The position numbers and the translations under genes were made by a program. From Aquificaceae bacterium (GTDB lineage Bacteria > Aquificota > Aquificia > Aquificales > Aquificaceae): a stretch of DNA of 37,203 nt. Of this stretch, positions 21,498 to 33,117 are shown in pieces (within the stretch, counting starts at the first letter, position 1; each line of letters starts with the position of its first letter). The stretch covers positions 1 to 37,203 of the forward strand of contig JAXSMZ010000013.1 in assembly GCA_037924335.1 (NCBI GenBank). Reading direction: 5' to 3'. The notes beneath the pieces are model-generated. The model had not been told where the DNA came from and ran no database searches. It saw only the letters and a list, made by a program, of their open reading frames with translations.

Positions 21498-22697
21498 TTA
21501 TGTGCTGTTAGTTCCCTTTACAAGCTTCACAAAGAGATGTCCGCTTTCAATCCTTGCTCCCGCAGGCTCATAGCCTCTCAACTTCCTGGGTAGCATTATG
21601 TGACTTTTGAAGTTACCCCACCTTATTATGAGCTCTCCCTCCGACTTTAAAAGGGATAACCCCTCCTTTGTTAAGAAGGGTGCCCTCAGTTTTACTATGT
21701 AATCGCTCCCTTCTTGCAAAAACTCATAGGGTTTTTCTTTAAAGAACACATGGGATGGGTCCTTATCGGCGTATATTAGGTCTGCGAGTATACTGAGTCT
21801 TTCCTCTCCTACAACTTCATCCTCAAGCATGGGAACTCTATAAACTGGAACGGGTGCAAAGAGAGCCTCCATTTCTTCAAGGTGTCTTTTTTGGGTCAGG
21901 ACCCACTTGGAAAAGTGTTCACAGTTTTCCACAATGGGAGGAAGAACCTTGTTAACTATCACTGCATCCACGTTTGCACCGAACAGGTTAAAGTACATAA
22001 AAGCTCTCTGGCTCTCCTTTAAAACCATCTTCTCCGGATTTGCCACAAGTCTTACAGAGGTTACCTCAGGGTTTATGATTATCTCATCTACACCTCTTAG
22101 CTTTTCATAAAAGTTTTCTAAGGCTTGGAAGTAAGAGTCATCTGGGAGGGGAACATCCGTGAGCCTTCTTGCCACTGGTCTTGCTACTCTCAGTATGTTT
22201 CTCTCCACGTTGAATATCTTTTTCATGTACCACTTTAGGACTGTGGGCATGGATACAAACCTCAGTGATTCGCCAGTTGGAGGAAGGTCAAGAAGCAGCA
22301 CATCAAACTCCCCTTCCTTGTAGTACTTGTTAACATAAAGGAGGCTTGTAACTTCTTCCATGCCTGGGAGTATGGCAAGCTCTTCAGAGACAACCTCATC
22401 AAGGCCAGTAGTACTAAAAAGTATCTCTAAGAATCTGTAAACATCATCCCAATACCTATCCACTTCCTCTTGTATATCTATCTCCTGGATGTAAAGCTTT
22501 TCGTTTATCTTTATAGGAAGGCCTTTTGCTTTCATCTTTTGGCCTTCTGGTATATCAAAGGCATCTCCCAAGCTGTGAGCAGGGTCTAAAGAGACAACTA
22601 TGGTCTTGTAGCCAAGCTGGGAAAGTCTGTACCCAGTGGCAGCCGATATGGTTGTCTTTCCAACACCACCTTTCCCTGAAAAGAGCAAGACACGCAT
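21498..22697 (-). CDS. arsA: ArsA/GET3-family ATPase with C-terminal HSP20-like domain
   Basis: GKGGVGKTT, SLDPAHSL, LPGMEE, DLPPTGE; single ATPase domain; arsenite function not implied. Confidence 0.88.
   Translation of the reverse strand: MRVLLFSGKGGVGKTTISAATGYRLSQLGYKTIVVSLDPAHSLGDAFDIPEGQKMKAKGLPIKINEKLYIQEIDIQEEVDRYWDDVYRFLEILFSTTGLDEVVSEELAILPGMEEVTSLLYVNKYYKEGEFDVLLLDLPPTGESLRFVSMPTVLKWYMKKIFNVERNILRVARPVARRLTDVPLPDDSYFQALENFYEKLRGVDEIIINPEVTSVRLVANPEKMVLKESQRAFMYFNLFGANVDAVIVNKVLPPIVENCEHFSKWVLTQKRHLEEMEALFAPVPVYRVPMLEDEVVGEERLSILADLIYADKDPSHVFFKEKPYEFLQEGSDYIVKLRAPFLTKEGLSLLKSEGELIIRWGNFKSHIMLPRKLRGYEPAGARIESGHLFVKLVKGTNST
21545..21619. repeat. 75-bp direct repeat, copy 2 (inside arsA)
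   Basis: Matches 17519..17593; encodes GNFKSHIMLPRKLRGYEPAGARIE. Confidence 0.95.
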
Positions 22698-22706
22698 AAG
22701 TTTATT

Positions 22707-24887
22707 CTAAGGTATCTCCTTTAGTTTCTTCAGAAGGTTTGGGTCTACTATGCCCTTTAGCTCATTTTCAGATGAGTTCTCCTGACCTGAACATATCCCT
22801 TGAGTACCATCAACGAAGACCATCGGTGTTGGACAGTTTACAATCACCGTCCCCTCCGGTAAGGGAAAGTCCTCATTTGGAAACATGTAGGCTGCTGTTG
22901 ACATAAAGTCAATCCATATGGGAAGCGCAACCCTGGCACCAGCCATGCCTTTCCCCATGCTTCTCTTTGTGTCAAAGCCGACCCATACACCTGTGACTAT
23001 ATTGGTAGAAAACCCAACAAACCATGCGTCCATATAGTCGTTGGTTGTCCCAGTTTTTCCAGCAACTGTCCTACCTAAGGAGCTTGCAGATGCACCAGTA
23101 CCCTCAAGCACTACTGCCCTCAGCATGTCTACAAGTACCCTAACCTCTTGGGGAGGAAGTACCTGTTCACATTTAGGGAAATTCTCCTCTATAACTTTCC
23201 CATCGGGAGATAGGATCTTCTCTATAAAATAGGGCTTGCACTTCACTCCTAGGTCTGCAAAAGCTTGATAGGCTGATGTAAGCTCTAATGGTGTCACTTC
23301 AATGCTTCCAAGAGCTATTGAGTAGTAAGGCTTTAAATCAATATCCAGTATTTTGCCAACCTCTATGGGCATATCAAATCCTATCTCAGAAAGGAGATTA
23401 ACTGTAGCAGTGTTTATGCTCTTTGCTAAAGCTGTTCTAAGGGTAATGGTTCCATAATCTTCACTCTCGTAGTTTTTGGGTGTCCACTCTTTTCCTTTGG
23501 ATGGGTCATAGAAGCTTTTTGGTGTTGCATCCACAGTCGAAGCTTGTGTGTAACCTTTCATAAGAGCTGCAAGGTATATGATGGGTTTTATGGCAGAACC
23601 TGGTTGCCTTTTTGCATACACGGCTCTGTTGTAAGGACTCCTGAGGTAAGAATACCCACCAACCATAGCTCTTATGGCCCCCGTCTTTGCATCCAGGCTT
23701 ACAAGAGCTCCCTCAAGGTCTGGAATGACCTCAGCCCTCAGACCTTCGCCCTTCTTCTTGATGATCTTTACAATTATATAATCCCCCTTTTCAACTGACA
23801 GCTGGTTCCTTGGCACTGAAAACTCATAGTTCTTCAATGCCACCTTTAGTTCATCCCCTCTAACTTCTAAAACCTTTCCTATGTATACCTTCGATGGTTT
23901 TAATTCTACAACTTGTTCTTCGTACCTTCTTTGAACCTCATAGGGGTCCTCTGGAAGGAAGGGTATGCCGTTGGCCTTTGCTACTCTCAAAACACCCCTT
24001 TTGACAGCTTCCTGTGCATACCTCTGGATATCCCTATCTATTGTGGTGTAAACTTTATAACCACCGGCAAGGATGGCTTCTCCGTACTTTTCTATCAGGT
24101 AGTCCTTGACATAATCAAGAAAGTAATCCATACCGTAATATCTGTTTTCCGCTTTGATCTTTATTGGCATGGATGCATACCTTCTGTACTCATCCTCAGT
24201 TATGTATCCATCTTCGTACATCCTCTTCAGCACATAATTCCTTCTTTCCTCTATTCTTTCGGGGTTTCTAAAGGGATTGTACTTTGTTGGAGCCTTTGGA
24301 AGCGCTGCAAGCAAGGCTGCTTCATCCAAGCTAAGGTCCTTGACGTGTTTACCAAAGTATATTCTGGATGCTGCCTCAACTCCGTAAGCACCCTGCCCCA
24401 AATATATGTAATTTAGGTACATCTCAAGGATTTTATCCTTTGGAAAGGACCTCTCTATTTTTATGGCTAAAAGGACCTCCTTTATCTTTCTCCTGAGGCT
24501 CCTCTCGGGTGTGAGGAATAGGTTTCTTGCAAGCTGTTGGGTTATAGTGGAAGCACCCTGCGCCACTTCCCTCTCCCTTACGTTTGTCACAAAAGCTCTA
24601 AGAATGGCCGTTGGGTCTACACCAAAGTGCTTATAAAAGTTTCTGTCCTCGGCTGATATGAAAGCCTCCCTTACGTATTGGGGAATATCCTTTAGTAGGA
24701 CATAATATCTTCTCTGAAGGGCTACATCCCCAAAGACTCTACCTTTGTAGTCGTATATAAGAGTAGCTTCTGGAGGTCTCCAATCTCTTAACTTTTCAAC
24801 GGATGGCAGGTCTGTGTACATTAAGTACAGAGGGATAAAAAACAAAAAGAACAACGCAGTTAAGGAAAAAATTAGAACTTTACGCAC
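22707..24887 (-). CDS. Class A penicillin-binding protein (PBP1A family)
   Basis: EDRNFYKHFG, GASTITQQLARN, SAIK, SIN, KTGT. Confidence 0.93.
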   Translation of the reverse strand: MRKVLIFSLTALFFLFFIPLYLMYTDLPSVEKLRDWRPPEATLIYDYKGRVFGDVALQRRYYVLLKDIPQYVREAFISAEDRNFYKHFGVDPTAILRAFVTNVREREVAQGASTITQQLARNLFLTPERSLRRKIKEVLLAIKIERSFPKDKILEMYLNYIYLGQGAYGVEAASRIYFGKHVKDLSLDEAALLAALPKAPTKYNPFRNPERIEERRNYVLKRMYEDGYITEDEYRRYASMPIKIKAENRYYGMDYFLDYVKDYLIEKYGEAILAGGYKVYTTIDRDIQRYAQEAVKRGVLRVAKANGIPFLPEDPYEVQRRYEEQVVELKPSKVYIGKVLEVRGDELKVALKNYEFSVPRNQLSVEKGDYIIVKIIKKKGEGLRAEVIPDLEGALVSLDAKTGAIRAMVGGYSYLRSPYNRAVYAKRQPGSAIKPIIYLAALMKGYTQASTVDATPKSFYDPSKGKEWTPKNYESEDYGTITLRTALAKSINTATVNLLSEIGFDMPIEVGKILDIDLKPYYSIALGSIEVTPLELTSAYQAFADLGVKCKPYFIEKILSPDGKVIEENFPKCEQVLPPQEVRVLVDMLRAVVLEGTGASASSLGRTVAGKTGTTNDYMDAWFVGFSTNIVTGVWVGFDTKRSMGKGMAGARVALPIWIDFMSTAAYMFPNEDFPLPEGTVIVNCPTPMVFVDGTQGICSGQENSSENELKGIVDPNLLKKLKEIP

Positions 24888-24907
24888 TTCCTATATTATA
24901 CACTAAA

Positions 24908-24980
24908 TCGGGGTGACGGGACTTGAACCCGTGACCTCTGGCCCCCCATGCCAGCGCGCTTCCACCTGCGCCACACCCCG
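24908..24980 (-). tRNA. tRNA-Pro(GGG), CCA not encoded
   Basis: CGGGGTG/CACCCCG acceptor stem, CTGGC-AT-GGG-GG-GCCAG anticodon arm, GGTTCAAGTCC T arm. Confidence 0.95.
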
Positions 24981-24985
24981 TTTTT

Positions 24986-25291
24986 TTATATTTTACTCTT
25001 TCTGGAGAGCATGTTGAGCCTTGCTATCAGTTTTTTGCTCGGTCTGAATTGCACGGTGTTTTTTGATGTTATGATACGCATCTCTCCAGTCCTTGGGTCT
25101 CTTCCCCTTTTCTCTTTTCTCCTTCTAACCTTGAAAGTTCCAAACCCAGAGAGCTTTACATTTCCTGTCTCAATGAGCACATCGCCCATCGTTTTGAAGA
25201 CGGCGTTAATCAAAGCATAAAGTTTTTTCTTTGTCATGGATGGATACTTATCACTTCTGTAAATACCTTCAGCTATGCTTTTCTTTGTCAT
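24986..25291 (-). CDS. IHF/HU family DNA-binding protein
   Basis: VKLSGFGTF, GRDPRTGE, FRPSKKL; follows rpsA. Confidence 0.9.
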   Translation of the reverse strand: MTKKSIAEGIYRSDKYPSMTKKKLYALINAVFKTMGDVLIETGNVKLSGFGTFKVRRRKEKRGRDPRTGEMRIITSKNTVQFRPSKKLIARLNMLSRKSKI

Positions 25292-25292
25292 G

Positions 25293-26879
25293 CTATAGCT
25301 TTATCCTCTTTCTCAGAACGTCCCCCAGTGTAAACCCACTTTCTGAGTTTGTAGTGATAAGTTCCTCATGCTTTTCTTTCTTTTCCTCCCTCATGCTGAG
25401 CGTTATCCTCTCCTCCTTTGGAGATATCTCAGCTATTCTCACCTCTACTTGGGAACCTTCAAGAAGCTCTACACCCTTTGGTATTTCCGATAGCGGGAGC
25501 AATCCATCCACACCTTCTGGGAATTCTAAAAAGACACCAAAAGGATGGGAGGATTTTACCCTTAACGTTACCTTCTGTCCAACCTTATACCTATCGGCTA
25601 TAAGGTCCCATGGATTTGGTGTCAGCTGTTTCCTACTTAGCTTTACGAACCTACCTTCTAAGGAAAGAACAACAAAGTCCATATCCTCCCCTTCCTTGAG
25701 AACTTCTTCTATCCTTCCGGGCTTTGTCCAAGAGAGGTCACTCCTGTGAATTATGCCCTTTGCTCCATTCCCTAAGTCTACTATAGCCTTTGCTCCCTCT
25801 ATCTTCTCAACCCTTCCTCTCACTTTACTTCCCGCTGGATGTTCTTTTATAAACTCCTCCCATGGTTTTGGCAGTGCTCTCTTTACGCTAAGTATCAACC
25901 TTCTCTTTGATGGGTCAAATTCAAGAACCCTTACCTTTAGCTCAGAACCTCTTTTGTAGCTAGCTTCTTCATGCTGTGGCACTTCCTCCTTTGGAACAAA
26001 ACCCTCAACCCCATCATGAATTTCAACTATAAACCCCTTATCGGATACTTCCAAAAGCTTAACGTTTACAATATCTCCTTTCTTTACTTTATCTTTTATC
26101 TTCTCCCATGGGTTTTCTTTCATGTCTCTGAGGCTCACGAATATGAAGTTTCCATCTTGGGGAACTCTCTTTACTTTTACTCTAAGCTTTTCACCTATTT
26201 CAGCGTAGTTGTATGGGTTTCTGCTCCTTCCCCAAGACAGTTCTTCCTTTGGAAGAAAGGCGCGAAGTGCACCCTGTATAAGAAGAGTTATCCCTTTCTC
26301 TGGGTCTATCTTTATGACTCTCCCATCAACTGTATCTCCAACTTTCAGCTGGCTTAATAACTTCTCCTTCCTTTTTTTCTCCTGCTCTAAAAGGTACGCC
26401 TTCTGCGACACCCTTACCTTTAAGCCATCCCTTGTGTCTTGAAGTTCTGTTATCTTTACGACCGCTTTTGACCCCTCCCTTAACCTTCTTCCAGCCTCGT
26501 TAATGGGCATGAATGCCTTTATTCCGTCTATGTCAACGACATAACCATCGCGCATCTTTTCTACAACTCTGCCAGAAACAAAGCTACCTTTTTCATAAGC
26601 AGACTTGAGAAGACGAACACATCTCTTCTCTACGTATGCTCTGTGAGATAGGATCGGAGAACCACCTCTTGCTATTCTTACAACTACAGCTTTGATCTCA
26701 TCTCCCTCCTTTGCATCCGGAAGCTCTTCTCTTGGTATTATACCCTCTAACTTGTAACCCACGTCGACGTAGACATTCCTACTGTCTACCTTTATAACTT
26801 TACACTTTATAACCTCTCCTTTTCTTATCTCTCGTGCTTCTTCAAGGCTTTTTTCAAGGAGCTTTTCAAATTCACCCAT
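25293..26879 (-). CDS. rpsA: 30S ribosomal protein S1
   Basis: Tandem S1 domains, VDVGYKLEG, IHRSDLSW, C-terminal TLGDVL; GGAGG SD. Confidence 0.9.
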   Translation of the reverse strand: MGEFEKLLEKSLEEAREIRKGEVIKCKVIKVDSRNVYVDVGYKLEGIIPREELPDAKEGDEIKAVVVRIARGGSPILSHRAYVEKRCVRLLKSAYEKGSFVSGRVVEKMRDGYVVDIDGIKAFMPINEAGRRLREGSKAVVKITELQDTRDGLKVRVSQKAYLLEQEKKRKEKLLSQLKVGDTVDGRVIKIDPEKGITLLIQGALRAFLPKEELSWGRSRNPYNYAEIGEKLRVKVKRVPQDGNFIFVSLRDMKENPWEKIKDKVKKGDIVNVKLLEVSDKGFIVEIHDGVEGFVPKEEVPQHEEASYKRGSELKVRVLEFDPSKRRLILSVKRALPKPWEEFIKEHPAGSKVRGRVEKIEGAKAIVDLGNGAKGIIHRSDLSWTKPGRIEEVLKEGEDMDFVVLSLEGRFVKLSRKQLTPNPWDLIADRYKVGQKVTLRVKSSHPFGVFLEFPEGVDGLLPLSEIPKGVELLEGSQVEVRIAEISPKEERITLSMREEKKEKHEELITTNSESGFTLGDVLRKRIKL

Positions 26880-26909
26880 AAATTTCCTCCAGAAAATTAT
26901 ATTATAAAG

Positions 26910-28352
26910 TCAACCCTTTAAAGTTCCAAGTGGTTTTAGTCTGACTACAAGCTTTGCTATACCGAGAGCATGCACAACGCTTACAACCTCTGTAACATCC
27001 TTGTACGCTTGTGGAACTTCTTCCATTACGGTGCCCTTCCCCCTTGCTACAACGACAAGATCTGCCAAAACCCTTTCAAGCCCTTCCCTTCTGACATACT
27101 CCTTAGCTTTTGTTCTGGACATGAGCCTTCCAGCACCGTGACATGCACTACCAAAGCTTATGTTCATGCTCTTTTCCTGTCCAATGAGTACAAAGGAATA
27201 TCTACCAACATCTCCAGGTATCAAAACGGGTTGACCTATCTCTTTGTATGCCTGTGGTATATCTGGATTGTAGGCTGGGAAGGCTCTTGTAGCCCCCTTT
27301 CTGTGCACCAGAACCTCTTTCTCCTCCTCATCCACCTTATGCTTTTCTACCTTGCCTATGTTGTGGGCAAGGTCGTAGATCACTCTGTATCCCATCTCCT
27401 CCCAGGATATTTTCAAAAACCTTCTAACTGTATCTGCCAGTAAGAAACCGAGCACCTGTCTGTTTGCAAAAGCATAGTTTGCGGCGCTATTCATAGCTTT
27501 GAAATAGTTCTGTCCCTCCTCTGAGCTAAAGGGCATACAAGCAAGCTGCATGTCTGGTATATCTATCTTATACTTAGAAAGGGCATCCTTAGCAACTTTT
27601 AAATAATCTACGCATATTTGATGTCCAAACCCTCTAGAACCTGAATGAATCATAAGGGTCACCGTGTTTAATCCAAGGCCTAACTTCTTCGCTATTTCCT
27701 CATCGTAGACCTCATCCACAGCTTGCACCTCAACAAAGTGGTTGCCTGATCCAACAGTCCCCAGCTCTTCAGCCCCTCTCTCGTATGCAAAATTGGAGAC
27801 CTTATCAGGGTCAGCCATCGGAAGAACTCCAGAGCTTTCTATATGCTCTAAGTCCTCTTTAAAGCCAAAACCGTGCTCTACGGCCCACACTGCACCCTTT
27901 AAAGAAACTTCATCCATCTGAGCCTTTGAGAGCTTTATCCTTCCTCTAGAACCAACTCCCGATGGAACGCTTCTGAGCACCTCGTCCATTAGCTCCTTCC
28001 TTACAGGATAAACCATATCCTTCGTTAGGTTTGTAGATATGAGTCTCACACCACAGTTTATATCGTAACCTATGGAACCTGGGCTTATTATGCCCCTTTT
28101 TGTATCTGTTGCCATAACACCCCCAACAGGAAAACCATAACCCACATGCACGTCTGGCATAACGTAGACAGCCTTTTCAACCCCCGGTAGCGTTGCAGCG
28201 TTTGCAGCCTGCTTTATGGCATCCTCCTCAAGGTTCTCAAAGAGCCTCTCGCTTATATAAAAGTAGACTGGGACTTTCTGCCCTTCTATCGTATTCTCTG
28301 GCAGTACATACACATAGTCAGACAGCTCAACAAGCTTATCCTTTAAACTCAT
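26910..28352 (-). CDS. rtcB: RNA-splicing/repair ligase RtcB
   Basis: MPDVHVGYGFPVG, GYDINCG, GSGNHF, HSGSRG, HRKGAT, HGAGR. Confidence 0.95.
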   Translation of the reverse strand: MSLKDKLVELSDYVYVLPENTIEGQKVPVYFYISERLFENLEEDAIKQAANAATLPGVEKAVYVMPDVHVGYGFPVGGVMATDTKRGIISPGSIGYDINCGVRLISTNLTKDMVYPVRKELMDEVLRSVPSGVGSRGRIKLSKAQMDEVSLKGAVWAVEHGFGFKEDLEHIESSGVLPMADPDKVSNFAYERGAEELGTVGSGNHFVEVQAVDEVYDEEIAKKLGLGLNTVTLMIHSGSRGFGHQICVDYLKVAKDALSKYKIDIPDMQLACMPFSSEEGQNYFKAMNSAANYAFANRQVLGFLLADTVRRFLKISWEEMGYRVIYDLAHNIGKVEKHKVDEEEKEVLVHRKGATRAFPAYNPDIPQAYKEIGQPVLIPGDVGRYSFVLIGQEKSMNISFGSACHGAGRLMSRTKAKEYVRREGLERVLADLVVVARGKGTVMEEVPQAYKDVTEVVSVVHALGIAKLVVRLKPLGTLKG

Positions 28353-28369
28353 AATTTAAATTTAATGCT

Positions 28370-29299
28370 TTAGACGTTAATGGTTTCTTCAATTTTATAG
28401 GGTTTATCTCCCTTGCTCTTGTAATAAATTCTAACAAGAAGCTCGGCTATTATACCAGTTGACACTAGCTGTATGCCAGCCAGAAGGGAAAGAACGCTCA
28501 GTATCAGAAGAGGGCGCGTGCCTATCCTTTCACCCCAGAAGAGCTTTATGAAGATAAGATAAAGAAGCATGGAAAAACCCAACACAAAGAGTAAAAAACC
28601 CAAGGAACCAAACACGTACATGGGCTTGTTTATGTACTCGTTCAAAAACTTAACCAAAAGTATATCAAGTATAACTCTCACAGTTCTACCTATCCCGTAC
28701 TTGGACCTTCCATAAAGCCTTGGATGATGTTTTACCTCTATCTCCGTTACCTTTGCACCTTGCCTCTTTGTAAGAGCTGGCAGGAACCTGTGCATGTCTC
28801 CGTAAAGTTCAAGCTCCTTTATGACATCAGACCTGTAAGCCTTGAGCGTGCATCCGTAGTCATGGAGCTTTACACCCGTGACTCTTGATATGACCCAGTT
28901 GGCTATCATGGATGGAAGCTTTCTTGAAAAGAGAGGGTCCTTTCTGTTTTTTCTCCACCCGCTCACTAGGTCATAACCTTCTTGGAGCTTTTCTATGAGC
29001 TTTGGTATGTCCTCTGGGTCATTCTGAAGGTCTGCATCCATTGTTATGATCACATCTCCACTTGCATGCTCAAACCCTGCGTACATAGCAGCCGTTTGTC
29101 CATAGTTCCTCTTGAACCGTATAACCTTTACTTTATCATCGCTGTTGGCTATGTTCTTTAGAACCTCAAAGGTACCATCCTCAGAACCATCGTCCACAAA
29201 GATAACCTCATACTCCCCTTCTAAAACTTGCTTGAGTTTTTCATAAAGAGGCTCTATGTTCTCTCTCTCGTTATAAGCTGGTATTATCACGCTTATCAT
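28370..29299 (-). CDS. GT2 polyprenyl-phosphate glycosyltransferase (ArnC/GtrB-like)
   Basis: VIIPAYNE, VDDGSEDGT, MDADLQNDP, two C-terminal TM helices. Confidence 0.9.
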   Translation of the reverse strand: MISVIIPAYNERENIEPLYEKLKQVLEGEYEVIFVDDGSEDGTFEVLKNIANSDDKVKVIRFKRNYGQTAAMYAGFEHASGDVIITMDADLQNDPEDIPKLIEKLQEGYDLVSGWRKNRKDPLFSRKLPSMIANWVISRVTGVKLHDYGCTLKAYRSDVIKELELYGDMHRFLPALTKRQGAKVTEIEVKHHPRLYGRSKYGIGRTVRVILDILLVKFLNEYINKPMYVFGSLGFLLFVLGFSMLLYLIFIKLFWGERIGTRPLLILSVLSLLAGIQLVSTGIIAELLVRIYYKSKGDKPYKIEETINV

Positions 29300-29312
29300 G
29301 GCTTTTTAAAAA

Positions 29313-29386
29313 CGGGCCCGGAGGGATTCGAACCCCCGACCTAGGGATTAGAAATCCCTTGCTCTATCCAACTGAGCTACGGGCCC
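29313..29386 (-). tRNA. tRNA-Arg(TCT), CCA not encoded
   Basis: GGGCCCG/CGGGCCC acceptor stem, AGGGA-TT-TCT-AA-TCCCT, GGTTCGAATCC. Confidence 0.95.
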
Positions 29387-31236
<1,850 letters not shown>

Positions 31237-31258
31237 ACTTAAATAGTATAATGTTCCT
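31237..31258. promoter_or_regulatory. Shared bidirectional -10 region for DUF62 gene and argG
   Basis: AGTATAAT (31245-31252): TATAAT 6 nt before argG ATG, minus-strand TATACT 8 nt before ATG 31236. Confidence 0.55.
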
Positions 31259-32458
31259 ATGAACAAAAGGGTTGTATTGGCTTACTCTGGTGGATTGGAC
31301 ACTTCCGTCATTGTCAGGTGGCTCACCGAAAGAGGCTATGAAGTTATAACTTACACAGCCGATGTGGGGCAAGGTGAGGAGCTTGGAGAAATTCCACAGA
31401 AGGCTAGGAGTTCTGGAGCTGTAGAATGGATAGTTGAAGACCTAAAGGAAGGGTTCGCAAGAGATTATTGTCTCCCTACGCTTAGGGCTTTGGCTCTCTA
31501 TGAGGGTAAGTATCCTCTGAGTGCATCCCTTTCAAGACCGCTTATAGCAAAAAAGTTAGTTTACTATGCTAAGAAGCTTGGTGCTTCTTACGTTGCCCAT
31601 GGTTCTACTGGGAAGGGGAACGACCAGGTTAGGTTTGAGTTATCAGTCTGGGCTTTGGAACCAGACATAGAGGTTCTTGCACCGGTCAGAGAATGGGACT
31701 TTAGGTCAAGAGAGGAAGAAGTAGATTATGCTCTAAGACATGGTATAAGTGTAAAGGCTACAAAGGAAAAACCCTACTCCATAGACAAAAATCTTTGGGG
31801 AGTCTCCATAGAATGCGGTCCCTTAGAAGACCCATGGACAGAGCCCCAAGAAGATGCCTTTGAGTGGACAACATCACCTGAGAAAGCACCCAACGAGCCA
31901 GAGTACTTGGATATAGAGTTCAAGGAAGGAACACCCATAAGTTTAAATGGAAAGGAGTACGGACTTTTGAGCGAGCTCATCCTTGACCTGAACAGAATAG
32001 CCGGAAAGCACGGTATAGGCAGGATAGATATGGTGGAAAACAGGCTTGTGGGAATAAAGAGCAGGGAAGTTTACGAAGCTCCAGCATCTACAGTGCTTTA
32101 CGAAGCTTACAGAGAGCTTCTCTCTTTAACAACGGATAGGTTTACATATCACTACTTCCTTTCCCATATTCCCCATGAGTACTCAAAGCTTGTTTATGAA
32201 GGGCTTTGGTTCACACCTTTGAAAGAAGCTCTTGATGCTTTTACTTCCTATTTAGCTTCTTTGGTAAACGGAAAGGTAAGGTTAAAACTCTACAAAGGTA
32301 GTATTTCTGTAGTCGGAAGAACATCTCCCAACTCTCTTTACGTAGAGGATCTGGCCACCTACTCGGAAAGGGATACCTTTGACCACAAAGCTGGAGCAAG
32401 CTTTACGAAGGTTTTTGGCCTTCCATTGAAGGTCTTGGGGAGAGTTAAAAAAAGGTAA
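31259..32458 (+). CDS. argG: Argininosuccinate synthase
   Basis: LAYSGGLDTS, HGSTGKGNDQVRFE, ENRLVGIKSREVYE. Confidence 0.97.
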   Translation: MNKRVVLAYSGGLDTSVIVRWLTERGYEVITYTADVGQGEELGEIPQKARSSGAVEWIVEDLKEGFARDYCLPTLRALALYEGKYPLSASLSRPLIAKKLVYYAKKLGASYVAHGSTGKGNDQVRFELSVWALEPDIEVLAPVREWDFRSREEEVDYALRHGISVKATKEKPYSIDKNLWGVSIECGPLEDPWTEPQEDAFEWTTSPEKAPNEPEYLDIEFKEGTPISLNGKEYGLLSELILDLNRIAGKHGIGRIDMVENRLVGIKSREVYEAPASTVLYEAYRELLSLTTDRFTYHYFLSHIPHEYSKLVYEGLWFTPLKEALDAFTSYLASLVNGKVRLKLYKGSISVVGRTSPNSLYVEDLATYSERDTFDHKAGASFTKVFGLPLKVLGRVKKR

Positions 32459-33117
32459 TGCTTATAGCAGTTCCGCTCACGGACAGGAAGTTTGAAGAGA
32501 ATTTAAGAACCTGTAAAGAGAAGGGTTGCGATATAGTTGAGCTCAGGGTAGACCTTTTTGAAAAAAAGGGTCTAGACTGGGTCTTAAGACATGTAGAAAA
32601 AGCTCAAAAGATGGGCTTAAAAACAATACTTACCGTAAGGAGCGAGAAGGAGGGCGGTAAAAAAGTAGAAAACAGAACAGATATATTTGAGAGCATATCA
32701 CCAGTAAGCGATTACACGGACATAGAGTTATCCTCTAAGGAGGTCATAAGAGCAGTAAAGGATATTGTAAAGCTATCTGGCAAGAAGCTTATCGTATCCT
32801 ATCACAACTTTGAACTCACACCCCCTTGCTGGGTTCTAAAGGAAATATACAGGGAGGCAAAGCGATTTGGAGCCGATATAGTAAAGATAGCAGTGAAGGC
32901 TAACTCTTACAAGGATGTTAAAAGGCTCTTGTGCATAGATGAGGATGGGGATAAGGTGCTTATAGCCATGGGGGAGCTGGGAAAGATATCAAGGCTTGCG
33001 GGCTTTGTCTTTGGCTCTGTTATCACCTACTCTTTTTTGGAAGAGGCGATAGCTCCAGGACAGATATCCCTTGAAGAGATGGTAAGGCTCAGAGATATGT
33101 TCTATGGTAAAGGTTAA
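32458..33117 (+). CDS. aroD: Type I 3-dehydroquinate dehydratase
   Basis: VELRVD, RSEKEGG, SYHNF, DIVKIA, AMGELGKISR, APGQ. Confidence 0.93.
   Translation: MLIAVPLTDRKFEENLRTCKEKGCDIVELRVDLFEKKGLDWVLRHVEKAQKMGLKTILTVRSEKEGGKKVENRTDIFESISPVSDYTDIELSSKEVIRAVKDIVKLSGKKLIVSYHNFELTPPCWVLKEIYREAKRFGADIVKIAVKANSYKDVKRLLCIDEDGDKVLIAMGELGKISRLAGFVFGSVITYSFLEEAIAPGQISLEEMVRLRDMFYGKG

Noticed and set aside
26910..28352. RtcB as part of a dedicated RNA repair or defence system
   Set aside because: No rtcA, rtcR, archease or intron-containing tRNA nearby; context is housekeeping
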